DNA of 64,000 nucleotides, from NCBI GenBank assembly GCA_965227515.1, contig CBDDFZ010000001.1, positions 3,615,692 to 3,679,691 on the forward strand. Direction: 5' to 3'. The notes beneath the pieces are model-generated. The model worked only from the letters and a program-made list of their open reading frames with translations. It did not search any database and was not told where the DNA came from. Of the stretch, positions 24,783 through 36,123 are shown in pieces (within the stretch, counting starts at the first letter, position 1; each line of letters starts with the position of its first letter). This DNA comes from Alphaproteobacteria bacterium (GTDB lineage Bacteria; Pseudomonadota; Alphaproteobacteria; CALKHQ01). The position numbers and the translations under genes are program-made.

Positions 24783-26264
24783 CTACTGTCTGGTAGCCTG
24801 GAGGAAGGTGTTCAACGCCGCCTCGGTACCGGCCGCATTGATCCGTCCCAGCCACGTCTCGAACGCATCGGCAAAACGCGGCACGTCCGCCAGGTCGCCA
24901 TAGATGCTGCGCGCCTCCAGCCAGACCCGCGGCGACGCCACGGCCTCGGCAGCCCGTGCCGTAAGCTCGGGCCACAACGGGTCGTTGGGCTCGACCGCGC
25001 TGCCGTCGTCGCGGTTGCCCTGGCAGTAGCGCGCCCAGGCGGCCTCGACGAAGGCCAGCCCCTCGACCGGGGTGCCGGCGGCCAGACCGTCGCGGATCGA
25101 GGGCAGGATGAAACCGGGGTGGCGGCTGGCCCCGTCGAACGCGACGCGCCGGGTCGTGTCGGCAATCGCGGTGTTGGAGAAACGCTGCAGGATCAGGTCG
25201 ACATAGGCGGCGGGCGTGGTTCCCGGCACCGGCCGCACGTGCGGCATGATCTCGTTGGTCTGCACGTAGCGGAAGAAATCCCGGACCCTCGGATGGGCGA
25301 TGGCCTCGGCAATGGTGGCGAGGTTGAGCAGTTCACCCAGGTTCGCGACGACCTGGTGTCCGCCGTTCAGGATGCGAAGCTTCATCGCCTCGAAATCGTG
25401 CACCCGGTCGGTGAAGGTGGCGCCCGCCTTCTCCCACTGCGGGCGGCCGGCGCAAAACGCATCCTCAATCACCCATTGGCGGAAGTTCTCATGGCTGACC
25501 GGGGCCGCATCGTCGATGCCGAACGCTTTCGGCAACTCCCGCTCCTTTGGCCCGGTGGCGGGCACGATGCAGTCGACCATGGAATTCGGGAAGGTGCAGT
25601 GCCGGTCGATCCAGTCGGCCAGGTCGCCATCGGTCAGGCGCGCGAGACCAACCACCACCTGGCGCACGATATTGCCGTTGCCCTGAAGGTTGTCGCAGCT
25701 CTGCACCGTGAACGGGCCATGGCCGGCGGCGCGGCGCCGTTTCAGCGCGGCGACGATGGCGCCGAACGCGGTGCGCGGTCGTTCCGGGTGCGCGGCATCG
25801 TGCTGGATGTCGTCAAGCGTGGGGTCGAACGACTTGGAGACGGGCTCGGTGTAATAGCCGCCTTCGGTGACGGTCATCGCCACGATGCGAATGGCAGGGT
25901 CCGCCATCGCCGCGATCAGGGCGCCGTTGCCCTCCTCCACCGGCACGAAGTCGATCATCGAGCCGACCACCTCGGCCGACTTGCCGGACGGGTCCAGCTC
26001 GATCAGCGTGGTCAGATGATCCTGCCCCCGCAGTGCTGCGCGCATGCTGGCATCGGCGGCGCGCACCCCGGCACCGACGATCGCCCAGTCATGGTCCAAC
26101 CCCATCTGGAACAGCCGGTGCAGGTACCAGGCCTGGTGCGCGCGATGGAAGTTCCCGACGCCGATATGGACAATGCCCGGCGTCAGCGCGGTGCGGTCGT
26201 AGGTCGGCCTCGCCACCTCGTCGGGCAGCGCATCGAGCGTTGCGTTGGACAGTTTGGCGGTCAT
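24783..26264 (-). CDS. mtlK: mannitol dehydrogenase family oxidoreductase (mannitol 2-dehydrogenase-like)
   Basis: 493 aa with N-terminal IVHIGVGNFHRAHQA, typical of long-chain mannitol dehydrogenases. Lies downstream of a polyol ABC operon. Confidence 0.8.
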   Translation of the reverse strand: MTAKLSNATLDALPDEVARPTYDRTALTPGIVHIGVGNFHRAHQAWYLHRLFQMGLDHDWAIVGAGVRAADASMRAALRGQDHLTTLIELDPSGKSAEVVGSMIDFVPVEEGNGALIAAMADPAIRIVAMTVTEGGYYTEPVSKSFDPTLDDIQHDAAHPERPRTAFGAIVAALKRRRAAGHGPFTVQSCDNLQGNGNIVRQVVVGLARLTDGDLADWIDRHCTFPNSMVDCIVPATGPKERELPKAFGIDDAAPVSHENFRQWVIEDAFCAGRPQWEKAGATFTDRVHDFEAMKLRILNGGHQVVANLGELLNLATIAEAIAHPRVRDFFRYVQTNEIMPHVRPVPGTTPAAYVDLILQRFSNTAIADTTRRVAFDGASRHPGFILPSIRDGLAAGTPVEGLAFVEAAWARYCQGNRDDGSAVEPNDPLWPELTARAAEAVASPRVWLEARSIYGDLADVPRFADAFETWLGRINAAGTEAALNTFLQATRQ

Positions 26265-26322
26265 CGTGGCCCCGTCGGCGCATTCCTGCCGGCAAACGTG
26301 GTGACGTCGGCGGTCGGCACCG

Positions 26323-27327
<1,005 letters not shown>

Positions 27328-27338
27328 GATTCTTGTCC

Positions 27339-28169
27339 TTACTTCACCGCGCCGAAGGTCAGACCGCGGACCAATTGTTTCTGGCTGAACCAGCCCAGGA
27401 TCAGGATCGGCGCAATGGCCATGATGCTGGCGGCGCTGAGCTTGGCGTAGAACAGGCCTTCCGGACTGGAGTATTCGGCAATGAACTGCGTCAACGGCGC
27501 CGCATCGGAGGTCGTCAGGATCAGCGACCAGAATGCCTCGTTCCAGGCCAGGATGACGTTCAGCAGCAAGGTGGACGCGACACCCGGAACGGCCATCGGC
27601 AGCAAGACGTAGATCAGCTCCTGCCGCAGCATTGCGCCGTCCATCCGCGCGGCTTCGAGAATGGCCACCGGTATTTCGCGGAAGTAGGTGTAGAGCATCC
27701 AGATGATGATCGGCAGGTTGATCAGCGTCAGCACGATCACCAGCCCGATCCGCGTGTCGAGCAGGCCCAGGTCCCGGAACAGCAGATAGATCGGGATCAG
27801 GACGCCGACCGGCGGCAGCATCTTGGTGGACAGCATCCACATCAACACGTCCTTGGTCCGCCGGCCCGGCACGAACGCCATCGACCAGGCGGCCGGAATG
27901 GCGATGAGCAGCCCCAGCAGCGTGGAACCGAAGGCAATGATGACCGAGTTCACGAAGCGGCTGAAATAGTCAGAGCGCTCCTGCACCGTTGAGAAGTTTT
28001 CCAGCGTCAGCGGCGCGGTGATGACCTCGATGGGATCCTTGACTGCGTCGATCTCCGATTTGAACGACAGCAGGATGATCCAGATGATCGGGAAGAACAT
28101 CAGCAGGCTGATCGTCCAGCCAATGATGGTGTTGATCAGCTTGCGACTGTTGGAGACTCTGCGGGCCAT
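27339..28169 (-). CDS. polyol ABC transporter permease (SmoG/MtlG-like)
   Basis: 276 aa, multi-TM. Confidence 0.85.
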   Translation of the reverse strand: MARRVSNSRKLINTIIGWTISLLMFFPIIWIILLSFKSEIDAVKDPIEVITAPLTLENFSTVQERSDYFSRFVNSVIIAFGSTLLGLLIAIPAAWSMAFVPGRRTKDVLMWMLSTKMLPPVGVLIPIYLLFRDLGLLDTRIGLVIVLTLINLPIIIWMLYTYFREIPVAILEAARMDGAMLRQELIYVLLPMAVPGVASTLLLNVILAWNEAFWSLILTTSDAAPLTQFIAEYSSPEGLFYAKLSAASIMAIAPILILGWFSQKQLVRGLTFGAVK

Positions 28170-28184
28170 GGCGACAGGCTCCCC

Positions 28185-29069
28185 TCACGTATCCAGGTTC
28201 TTGCCGATCATCCGCATCAGGAAGATGGCAACGATGTTTGCGAGGATGATGGCGAGCACGCCGCCGGCCGATGCCAGACCGACATCGTTCTGCAGCTGCG
28301 ATGTCCGGTAGATCAAGTACGTCAGCGTGGTAGAGGCGTCGCCGGGGCCGCCATTGGTCGTGATCTTGATCTCGGCGAAGGTCGACAGGAAGAAGATCGT
28401 CTGGATCAGGATGACCACGGTGATCGCGCGCGCCAGATGCGGCAGCATGATGAACCAGAAGCGGCTGGGCCACTTGGCGCCGTCCATCTCGGCCGCCTCG
28501 AGCTGCTCGGAGTCAAGCGACTGAAGCGCGGTCAGGATGATGAGGGTCGAGAATGGTAACCATTGCCACGCCACGATCCATATGATCGACGTGAGTGGCG
28601 ATTGGCCGAAGAAGTCGTAGGGCTCCATCCCAAGCCCCGCCGCCAGATGTCCGAAGATCCCGCTCTGGGGATGGAAGAACATGTTCTTCCAGACCAATGC
28701 CGAAACCGTCGGCATCACGAAGAACGGCGAGATCATCAGGATGCGGACCCAACCGCGGCCCCACATCGGCAGGTCGAGCAATATGGCGAACAGGATACCG
28801 AATACGACGGTGATCAGCAGGACACCGCCGACAAGCTTCAAAGTATTGAACAGGGCGTCGTTGAAGCTGGGATCGGTCAAAAACCAATAGTAGTTGTCCC
28901 AGCCCGTCCAGCTCATCGGGGACGGCGACGTCAGTACATAGCGCTGGAACGAAAAGTAGAGCGTGAAACCAAGCGGTACGAGCATCCACCCCAGTAGCAG
29001 GAGCACTGAAGGCGAGATCATCAAACGCGCAGCGGCACGGGAGTGCTGGGTAGCCACGGCTGGCCTCAC
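28185..29069 (-). CDS. polyol ABC transporter permease (SmoF/MtlF-like)
   Basis: 294 aa, multi-TM. The annotated start is a GTG, so the exact start is uncertain. Confidence 0.8.
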   Translation of the reverse strand: MRPAVATQHSRAAARLMISPSVLLLLGWMLVPLGFTLYFSFQRYVLTSPSPMSWTGWDNYYWFLTDPSFNDALFNTLKLVGGVLLITVVFGILFAILLDLPMWGRGWVRILMISPFFVMPTVSALVWKNMFFHPQSGIFGHLAAGLGMEPYDFFGQSPLTSIIWIVAWQWLPFSTLIILTALQSLDSEQLEAAEMDGAKWPSRFWFIMLPHLARAITVVILIQTIFFLSTFAEIKITTNGGPGDASTTLTYLIYRTSQLQNDVGLASAGGVLAIILANIVAIFLMRMIGKNLDT

Positions 29070-29123
29070 ACGTGTCTGGGGCGGGGTGCGCGGACGCGCA
29101 CCCCGCTTTGGAACAGGAGGGTA

Positions 29124-30437
29124 TTAGTCGATGTAGCCCGCGCGGCTCATCTCGCGCTCAGCAAAGGTCTGCGAGTTGGCGAGCGCCTCCTCGACAGTCT
29201 GCTGACCGGCCAAGGCCGCGGCAATCTGCTGACCGACATAGTTGCCGATGCCCTGGAACTCGGGGATCGCTACGAACTGGACGCCCGTGTAGGGCACCGG
29301 CTCGGCGGTCGGGTTCGAGGGGTCAGCGGCCAGGATCGAGTTCAGCACGGTCAGCGCGAACGGCGCGGCCTCGAGATAGTTCTCGTTCTCGTAGGTCGAC
29401 TCGCGCGTGCCCGGAGGTGCTGAAATCCAGCTCACCTCTTCACCGACGGTCTCCACATAGGCCTGGCTGGTCGACCACGCCAGGAACTCCTTGGCCGCAT
29501 CGACGTTCTGCGAGCTGGTCGGGATCGCCAGCGCCCAGGCCCAGAACCAGCCGGTGCCACGATCGGTGACCTGCTTCGGCGCCTGGAAGAAGCCGGTCAC
29601 GTCGGCAACCGTGCTCTCCTCGGGATTGTAGATGTAGCCGGCGGCCGACGTCGCATCGACCCAGGTGGCGCACTTGCCATCGGCGAACAGCGCACGGTTT
29701 TCGTTGTGGCCGTTGCTGGATGCCCCGGGCGGGCCATACGCATGCATCAGCTCAACGTAGTAGTTGACGGCATTGTGCCACTCTTCGGAATCCAACTGCG
29801 GCTGCCAGTCCATGTCGAACCAACGGCCACCGAAGGCATTCACCAGCGGGCCGACGAACGCCATGTTCTCGCCCCAGCCCGCCTTGCCGCGCTGGCAGGT
29901 GCCGAACACGCCGTTGTCCGGGTCGTGGACCTGGGCCACAATCTCCGCGAACTCGTCGTAGGTGATCTGCTCGGTCGGCGCTTCGATGCCAGCCGCCTCG
30001 AAGATGTCGGTGCGGTAGAACGTGAACGAGCTCTCGGCATAGAACGGCACGGCATAGAGGGTGCCATTGGCCGACAGGCCATTGCGCACCGGCTCGAAGA
30101 TGTCGTCGTAGTTGTAGTCATCGCCCAGATCGTCCAGACCGACGAGCCACCCCAGGTCGCCCCAGATCGGTGTCTCGTAAGCACCGATGGTGATGATGTC
30201 GAACGATCCGGATCCAGTCGCGATGTCCGTCGTCACGCGTTCGCGCAAGACGTTTTCTTCCAAGATCACCCAGTTGATGGAGTGGCCGGTGGCCTCCTCC
30301 CAGATCGGCGACAACTGCTGCATGATGATCATGTCGGAGTTGTTCACCGTCGCGATGGTGATTTCGTCAGCCTGAGCGGCGACGGCCGAGGCGGCAACCA
30401 ACGCGGAAGCGGCGATCAGTGCGGATTTCAGTCTCAC
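29124..30437 (-). CDS. polyol (sorbitol/mannitol-type) ABC substrate-binding protein
   Basis: GTG at 30437 preceded by a GGGAGGA SD. Signal peptide RLKSALIAASALVAASAVAAQA. Confidence 0.8.
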   Translation of the reverse strand: MRLKSALIAASALVAASAVAAQADEITIATVNNSDMIIMQQLSPIWEEATGHSINWVILEENVLRERVTTDIATGSGSFDIITIGAYETPIWGDLGWLVGLDDLGDDYNYDDIFEPVRNGLSANGTLYAVPFYAESSFTFYRTDIFEAAGIEAPTEQITYDEFAEIVAQVHDPDNGVFGTCQRGKAGWGENMAFVGPLVNAFGGRWFDMDWQPQLDSEEWHNAVNYYVELMHAYGPPGASSNGHNENRALFADGKCATWVDATSAAGYIYNPEESTVADVTGFFQAPKQVTDRGTGWFWAWALAIPTSSQNVDAAKEFLAWSTSQAYVETVGEEVSWISAPPGTRESTYENENYLEAAPFALTVLNSILAADPSNPTAEPVPYTGVQFVAIPEFQGIGNYVGQQIAAALAGQQTVEEALANSQTFAEREMSRAGYID

Positions 30438-30513
30438 TACTCGATCCTCCCATGGAAACTTTTTGTTAACTAATCCGCACGGTACGAGATGTCGCACCCA
30501 TCGTCAAGAATTT

Positions 30514-30527
30514 TTGACGCGCGTCAA
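30514..30527. promoter_or_regulatory. LacI-type operator palindrome TTGACGCGCGTCAA upstream of the polyol operon
   Basis: Perfect 14-bp palindrome flanked by T-runs, 77-90 bp upstream of the binding-protein start. A near copy lies at 31647-31660. Confidence 0.5.
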
Positions 30528-30552
30528 TTTTTTGAAGCGACCACAGCGGTGT

Positions 30553-31584
30553 TCAGGCGGATTGTCGCTTGACCAGTTTGCCGTCGAACAGGGTGGTGAT
30601 CTTCCCGTCCCCTGACACACCGCTGTCGATGATGGCCAAGATTTCGCGCACGGCGGTCTTCGAGATCGCGGCGAAGTTCTGCGCCACTGTCGTCAGCGAC
30701 GGGCACGTGAACCTTGAATACGGATGGTCGTCGTGCCCGGCGATGCGGATGGCGCACCCCTGCCCCTTGCCGACCCGCAACCCCTTCTCATAAGCCGCGG
30801 CGAGGAAACCGATCGCCAAGCGATCGTTGCTGCACAACACGGTGTCGGTGGGCAGCGCACGAGATTCGATGAAGCGCATACCCTCGCGGTAGCCGATCTC
30901 CTCGAAACCCCAACCTGCCCCTTCGGCACTGAGCACCATCGGCTCGTGGCCCAGGACGCGCATCTGCGCATCATAGGCCGCACGCAGCTTGTTGGCGTTG
31001 GGGTTCGGTGCGTCCACCATCTCGAAGAACGCCGGTGGTTCGCCGGTCCGGCACAGATAGTCCACGATCAGGTCCGTGCACTGGCGCTTGTGCGAGCCGA
31101 CGAACACGTCGCCGACACCGTCGATGTCGCAATCAAACAGCACCGTCGGCACATCTTTGCAGAACGCTTCGACCTCGCGGTGGTCGGACCGCCTGCCCAG
31201 TGGCCCGAGCAGCACCCCGGCGGGCTTGATGGATCGAAGACTGTCCAGGTTCTCGATCTCATGCGCGGTTTCGCCATGGGAACTGAACAGGATCGGCCTG
31301 AAACCGGCGGCCGAGCACAGAGGCTCGAGATTACGCGCGATCTCGGCAAAGAACGGGTCGGCCAAATACGGCACGACGATTCCGATGTTCCTGGTCGACT
31401 GCCGGTTTTGATTAATCGCGTAGATATTCGGCGTGTATTCATACTGCTCGAGCGCGGCCTCGATACGGTCACGAGTCCGGGGCCGTACGCTGGACGGGTC
31501 GTTGAAGTACTTCGACAGTGTCGGCCGCGATATGCCGCTGACCGAGGCGAAGTCCTCCATCGTCCGGATCTTCTCGAGCTTCAT
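30553..31584 (-). CDS. LacI-family transcriptional regulator
   Basis: N-terminal HTH MEDFASVSGISRPTLSKYFN plus a periplasmic-binding-protein-like core. Confidence 0.9.
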   Translation of the reverse strand: MKLEKIRTMEDFASVSGISRPTLSKYFNDPSSVRPRTRDRIEAALEQYEYTPNIYAINQNRQSTRNIGIVVPYLADPFFAEIARNLEPLCSAAGFRPILFSSHGETAHEIENLDSLRSIKPAGVLLGPLGRRSDHREVEAFCKDVPTVLFDCDIDGVGDVFVGSHKRQCTDLIVDYLCRTGEPPAFFEMVDAPNPNANKLRAAYDAQMRVLGHEPMVLSAEGAGWGFEEIGYREGMRFIESRALPTDTVLCSNDRLAIGFLAAAYEKGLRVGKGQGCAIRIAGHDDHPYSRFTCPSLTTVAQNFAAISKTAVREILAIIDSGVSGDGKITTLFDGKLVKRQSA

Positions 31585-31646
31585 TTTCCCAATGCTCTCA
31601 CAACCGCCAATTCGTCATCCGTAGGACTGCCATGCTGCGGTGGAAT

Positions 31647-31660
31647 TTTACGCGCGTCAA
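31647..31660. promoter_or_regulatory. second LacI-type operator-like box TTTACGCGCGTCAA
   Basis: 13/14 identical to 30514-30527. Located in the divergent region between the lacI-family gene and the isochorismatase-family gene. Confidence 0.4.
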
Positions 31661-31882
31661 AACATGACGGTAGATTCTCGGCGCCAGTTCCGTCAAGCCC
31701 ACGACGCCAATCGGCATTGTCGCGCGCGTGGCCGCAACGATCCAGAACCTGCCAATTCCGTGCCACCACTGCTGGCTCCCTTCTTGCGTGACAGCATCGA
31801 CCCCGCCGGTGTCTTGCCGCTACAATCGTCCTGCCCATACGGCCCGCGCGCCCATGGAACACATTCGGAGATGGAGCCGAAC

Positions 31883-32606
31883 AATGAGTGGTCTGGATAC
31901 CGAAACCCTGGATCGCCTGCTGCAGCAGGCGTTCGACGAGGCCTCGAAGCTCTATGCCGAGCGCGGGTTCCAGCGGCGGGTCGGTTTCGGCACGCGCCCG
32001 GCGCTGGTCAGCGTCGACCTCGCCAATGCCTGGACGCGGCCCGGCAACCCGTTCACCTGCGACCAGGACAAGATGGACAACGAGATCATTCCCGGCATGC
32101 AGCGCCTGCTGGCGGCGTGCCGCGCCAATGGTCATCCGGTCGTCCACGTGACCACGGCCTACGAGATCACCGACCGCAACGCACCGTTCACCGACATGGG
32201 CCTGTGGCACTGCAAGATCCCGGTGGAGGCGGTGAACGTCACCGACACCGAGCTTTGGGCCATCGACAGCCGGATTGCGCCGGTCGACGGCGAGTACACG
32301 CTGATGAAGAAGCGGGCAAGCGCGTTCCATGGCACCGAGCTTGCCGGCATTCTGCGCGCCAACAACGTCGACACCATCCTGGTCACCGGAGTGACGGCGT
32401 GCGCGTGCGTGCGGCAGACGATCTGCGATGGGCTGGCGGACGGTTTCCGCACCATCGGCGTGCGCGAGTGCATCGGCGACCGTGTGCCGGGGGCCGTCGC
32501 CTGGAACCTGTTCGACATCGACGCCAAGTTCGCCGACGTGCATTCGGTCGATTCCGCGGTCGAGTACCTGGAAACCGTCAACGCCAAGCGGGCCGCCGCC
32601 GAATAG
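31883..32606 (+). CDS. isochorismatase-family cysteine hydrolase (N-carbamoylsarcosine amidase-like)
   Basis: 240 aa from the ATG at 31883 (GGAG SD). Asp (VSVDLANAW), Lys (LMKKRASAF) and Cys (VTGVTACACV) triad positions are present. Confidence 0.75.
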
Positions 32607-32647
32607 CGGTCGCACCAGCATTCATTACAATGGGGGATAACTGAGCG

Positions 32648-33847
32648 ATGCCGGACACGCACGCCTTCACACCATTCAAGCTCGGGGCATTCGAGCTGAA
32701 GAACCGCCTGGTCATGGCGCCGTTGACCCGGCAAGCGGCCGATGCCGACGGCACGCCGACCGATGAGATGGCGGCCTACTACGCGCGCCGGGCGCGCGGC
32801 GGCGTCAGCATGATCATCACCGAGGGCACTTATCAGAACGACGAGTTCGGCTGTAAGGCCTATCTCAGCGAACCCGGCTGCCTCACCGACGAACACATCG
32901 CCGGCTGGCGCAAGACCGTGGACGCGGTCCACGCCCACGGCGTGCCGATCATCCTGCAGCTGATGCATGGCGGCCGGGTGACCGACCCACGCTGCCTGTT
33001 CGAAGGCGAACAGCCGGTCAGCGCCAGCGACACGCAAAGCCCAGGCTTCGTGCTCTACACCAACTCCGACGACGAGAAGCATGACCGCGGCATCACCGGC
33101 GACTGGCCGTTGGTCACCTTCCCCCCGGCCCGCGCGCTGACCGCCGACGATATCGAGCAAGTCGCCGACGGCTTTGCCGAGGGCGCGAAGCGTGCCATGC
33201 AGGCCGGCTTCGACGGCGTCGAAATCCACGGCGCCAACGGCTACCTGCTGTATCAGTTCATCGACCCCAAGCAGAACCTGCGCACCGACGAGTACGGCGG
33301 GTCGGCGGAAAACAACGTGCGCGCTGCGAAACTGGCCTGCCAGAAGGTGCGCGACGCTATCGGGCCGGACAAGATCGTGACTTTGCGGCTGTCCCAGGAC
33401 GGCGTCGACGATTTCGCCGGCGCCTGGCCGGACGGCGTTGAGTATGCGCGCGCGGTCGGCACGGCGTTGCGCGACGCACCGGTCGACGCGCTGCACTGGT
33501 CGAGCTTCGACTGGTCCGACAACCGCGACCCGAATGCCGATACGCCGATGCCTCAGGTGATCCGAGAGGCAAGCGGCCACGCGATGATCGTCAATGGCGG
33601 CATCAGCGAAGCCGAGCACGTGGAGCAGGTCATCGGCTCCGGCGCCGGCGAGCTGTGCGCGGTCGGGCGGCCGCTGTTCGCCCACCCGGACTGGCCGTAT
33701 ATCATCCGGTCCGGCGTGCCCTATGACTGGATACCGTTCGACCGCAAGTACGTGGTCAAGCCGCCCTACGACTATGCGCTCGGCTACCCGCTCGACCTGC
33801 GAGAGTCGGCCTGGGACCCGGACACCAGCAAGCGCCGGCAACGGTAG
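32648..33847 (+). CDS. Old Yellow Enzyme family NADH:flavin oxidoreductase
   Basis: 399 aa with FELKNRLVMAPLTR and ILQLMHGGR motifs. Confidence 0.85.
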   Translation: MPDTHAFTPFKLGAFELKNRLVMAPLTRQAADADGTPTDEMAAYYARRARGGVSMIITEGTYQNDEFGCKAYLSEPGCLTDEHIAGWRKTVDAVHAHGVPIILQLMHGGRVTDPRCLFEGEQPVSASDTQSPGFVLYTNSDDEKHDRGITGDWPLVTFPPARALTADDIEQVADGFAEGAKRAMQAGFDGVEIHGANGYLLYQFIDPKQNLRTDEYGGSAENNVRAAKLACQKVRDAIGPDKIVTLRLSQDGVDDFAGAWPDGVEYARAVGTALRDAPVDALHWSSFDWSDNRDPNADTPMPQVIREASGHAMIVNGGISEAEHVEQVIGSGAGELCAVGRPLFAHPDWPYIIRSGVPYDWIPFDRKYVVKPPYDYALGYPLDLRESAWDPDTSKRRQR

Positions 33848-33921
33848 GTCTGGCGCAACGCCACACCCCGTCGTCGCCCTTGTGGCTGGCCATTCGCGCA
33901 TATTGCGATGGCGCGGTCGTA

Positions 33922-34134
33922 CCCCTCTCCCATTTCGGGAGAGGGAGGGGCCCAGCCGAAGGCTGGGAGGGTGAGGGCTGGCACGATCGGTCGCGTATGT
34001 GCAGGATTCAGCAAGAAGCGAAGACAACGGAAGGCTTGAAGGCGCCGACGGCGTCTCCGCAGCTTCGCCGCGGCCCTCACCCTCCCGGCGCTTGTCGCGC
34101 CGGGTCCCTCCCTCTCCCGAAATGGGAGAGGGGG
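33922..34134. repeat. MITE-like inverted repeat (~57-bp arms, each with internal hairpins)
   Basis: The left arm (33922-33978) and right arm (34073-34134) share GCCCTCACCCTCCC and CCCTCCCTCTCCCGAAATGGGAGAGGGG in inverted orientation. A related element lies at 42116-42345. Confidence 0.6.
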
Positions 34135-34182
34135 TTACAGCGCGCGTACCAGTCGGACTGGGCGGCGGCCGCGAGAATTCAC

Positions 34183-34294
34183 CGTCATGCCCGCACTTGT
34201 GGAGCCTGTCCTCGGACTTGATCCGAGGGGGCATCCACGTCTTTGATCAGACGAAGCTAATTCGTGGATGGCCGGGTCAAGCCCGGCCATGACG
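34183..34294. repeat. REP-like elements (CGTCATGC...CATCCACGTCTT family)
   Basis: 34183-34243 and inverse-type 34263-34294. Same family as 20901-21064 and 56386-56492. Confidence 0.5.
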
Positions 34295-34316
34295 ATTATT
34301 GTGCGGACGGCCGCCC

Positions 34317-36098
34317 CTACTCCGCGGCCGCGACCGACATCTGCGCGCGGAGTTCCTCGGTCGCAGCCTGGTCGACCGTTTCGGTCTCCAGGTCAACGAC
34401 CACGCCATAGACCCTGCGCGCCTCGTCCGCCGAGTAGTAGTCGTCGAGCACGTCGTCCAGCACCAGCGCCGGATCGCGCTCCAGCGGGTTGCCGTAGCCG
34501 CCGCCGCACGGCGCATAGAACGCCATCACGTCGTTGTCGCGCACGCGCAGGCCGGAGAACTTGGCCGGCGTCGCCTTCGGCGGCTGGTTGTCGTTGACGT
34601 TGTAGATCTCGACCTTGCCGACCACGCCGTCATGGCCGCCGAACACGCCCCACGGCACGTCCTCGTGGCGCTCGCACTCGTGGGTGATGAAGCCGTCGGT
34701 CAGCACCCGCTGCGCCTTCACCACGCCCATGCCGCCATGGAATTTGCCGGCCCCCGGCGAGACGTCGTCGCGCAGTTCGTAACGGTCGCAGATCATCGGG
34801 ATGTGGACCGCCAGGTCCTCCAGCGGATTGTTGCGGGTGTTGGCCATCAGATTGTCGACCGCGTCCGGCCCGTCGGACCGTGGACGCCCGCCGTACGAGC
34901 CTTCGTTGACCTCCAGGAACACCCAATAGTCGCCGCTTGGCCGCACGCCGGAATAGGCGGCGAACGACAGGCTGGCCGAGCTGCCGGCGACCACCTTGTC
35001 GGGCAGTGCCGGCGCCAACGCCTTGTAGATCAGGTCGATCATCCGGTTGCACTGGGTGAACCGGGCCTCGGCCGCGGCCGGGAAGTTCGGGTTGAAGATC
35101 GAGCCCTTGGGCGCGTGGACCGTGATCGGGCGGAACGAGCCCTCGTTGGTCGGCACGCCGCGGCCCATGGTCTCCGCATCCAGCAGCAGCGAGCGGAAGG
35201 CGCAGAAGCAGGCGACCTTGGTCGAGCCTTCGAACGGCACGTTGAAGCCGGTCTCCACCTGGTCGGCCGAGCCGGTCAGGTCGACCAGCACATTGTCGCC
35301 CTTCACCTCGACCCGCACCTTGATCGGCAAGTGGACGCCGCGGTTCTTGCCGTCGTCGTCCAGGAAGCCCTCGGCGAAATACTCGCCGTCCGGGATCTGG
35401 GCGATCTGCTGGCGCATCACGCTTTCGGTGTAGTCCATCAACTGCCGGGTCGCGGCCATCACCGTCTGGTGGCCGAACTTGTCCATCAGCTCCTGGAACC
35501 GCTTCACGCCGAGCCGGGCCGATGCGATCTGCGCGTCCAGGTCGTCCTGCAACTGGCGCGCGGCGCGGCTGTTGTGGCGCAGGAAGTTCCACATCGCCTC
35601 GTTGCGCTCGCCCTTGCGGTAGAGCTTGGTGCCGGCGAACAGCATGCCCTCGGCATAGACGTCGGGAATGTCGATGATCAGGCCCGGGGTCGCCGCACCG
35701 ATGTCCAGATGGTGCGCCGTGTTGGCCGAATAGCCGACCAGCTCGCCATTGTGGAAGATCGGGATGACGATGGCGATGTCGGGCGAGTGGCTGGCGCCGT
35801 AGTACGGATGGTTGTGGATGACGACGTCGTCCTCGTACCACTCGCCATCCTGCAGGCACTGCTCGATGCCGGCCATGTAGCCGGGCAGCGAGCCGATGTG
35901 GAGCGGCGTCGATTCCGACTCGCACAGCGTGTTGTATTCGGTGTCGAACAGGCCGGCGCCCAGATCCTGCGACTCCCGGATGATCGAGGAGAACGACATC
36001 CGATAGAGCACGTGGCCCATTTCCTCGGCGATCGTGTCCAGCGCGCCGGAAATCACCTGCAAGGTGATCGGGTCGAGCTTGGGGCTGATTTCATTCAT
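34317..36098 (-). CDS. hyuB: hydantoinase B/oxoprolinase family protein (pair 2)
   Basis: 593 aa with DPITLQVISGALDTIAEEMG..SSIIRESQD typical of the family. Confidence 0.9.
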   Translation of the reverse strand: MNEISPKLDPITLQVISGALDTIAEEMGHVLYRMSFSSIIRESQDLGAGLFDTEYNTLCESESTPLHIGSLPGYMAGIEQCLQDGEWYEDDVVIHNHPYYGASHSPDIAIVIPIFHNGELVGYSANTAHHLDIGAATPGLIIDIPDVYAEGMLFAGTKLYRKGERNEAMWNFLRHNSRAARQLQDDLDAQIASARLGVKRFQELMDKFGHQTVMAATRQLMDYTESVMRQQIAQIPDGEYFAEGFLDDDGKNRGVHLPIKVRVEVKGDNVLVDLTGSADQVETGFNVPFEGSTKVACFCAFRSLLLDAETMGRGVPTNEGSFRPITVHAPKGSIFNPNFPAAAEARFTQCNRMIDLIYKALAPALPDKVVAGSSASLSFAAYSGVRPSGDYWVFLEVNEGSYGGRPRSDGPDAVDNLMANTRNNPLEDLAVHIPMICDRYELRDDVSPGAGKFHGGMGVVKAQRVLTDGFITHECERHEDVPWGVFGGHDGVVGKVEIYNVNDNQPPKATPAKFSGLRVRDNDVMAFYAPCGGGYGNPLERDPALVLDDVLDDYYSADEARRVYGVVVDLETETVDQAATEELRAQMSVAAAE

Positions 36099-36123
36099 CG
36101 CGCAGCACTCCTCATGGGACGCC

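Noticed and set aside
32159-34234. 691-aa ORF on the minus strand
   Set aside because: It spans two plus-strand genes (isochorismatase-like and OYE) and the MITE-like repeats. Its composition is typical of an antisense artefact.
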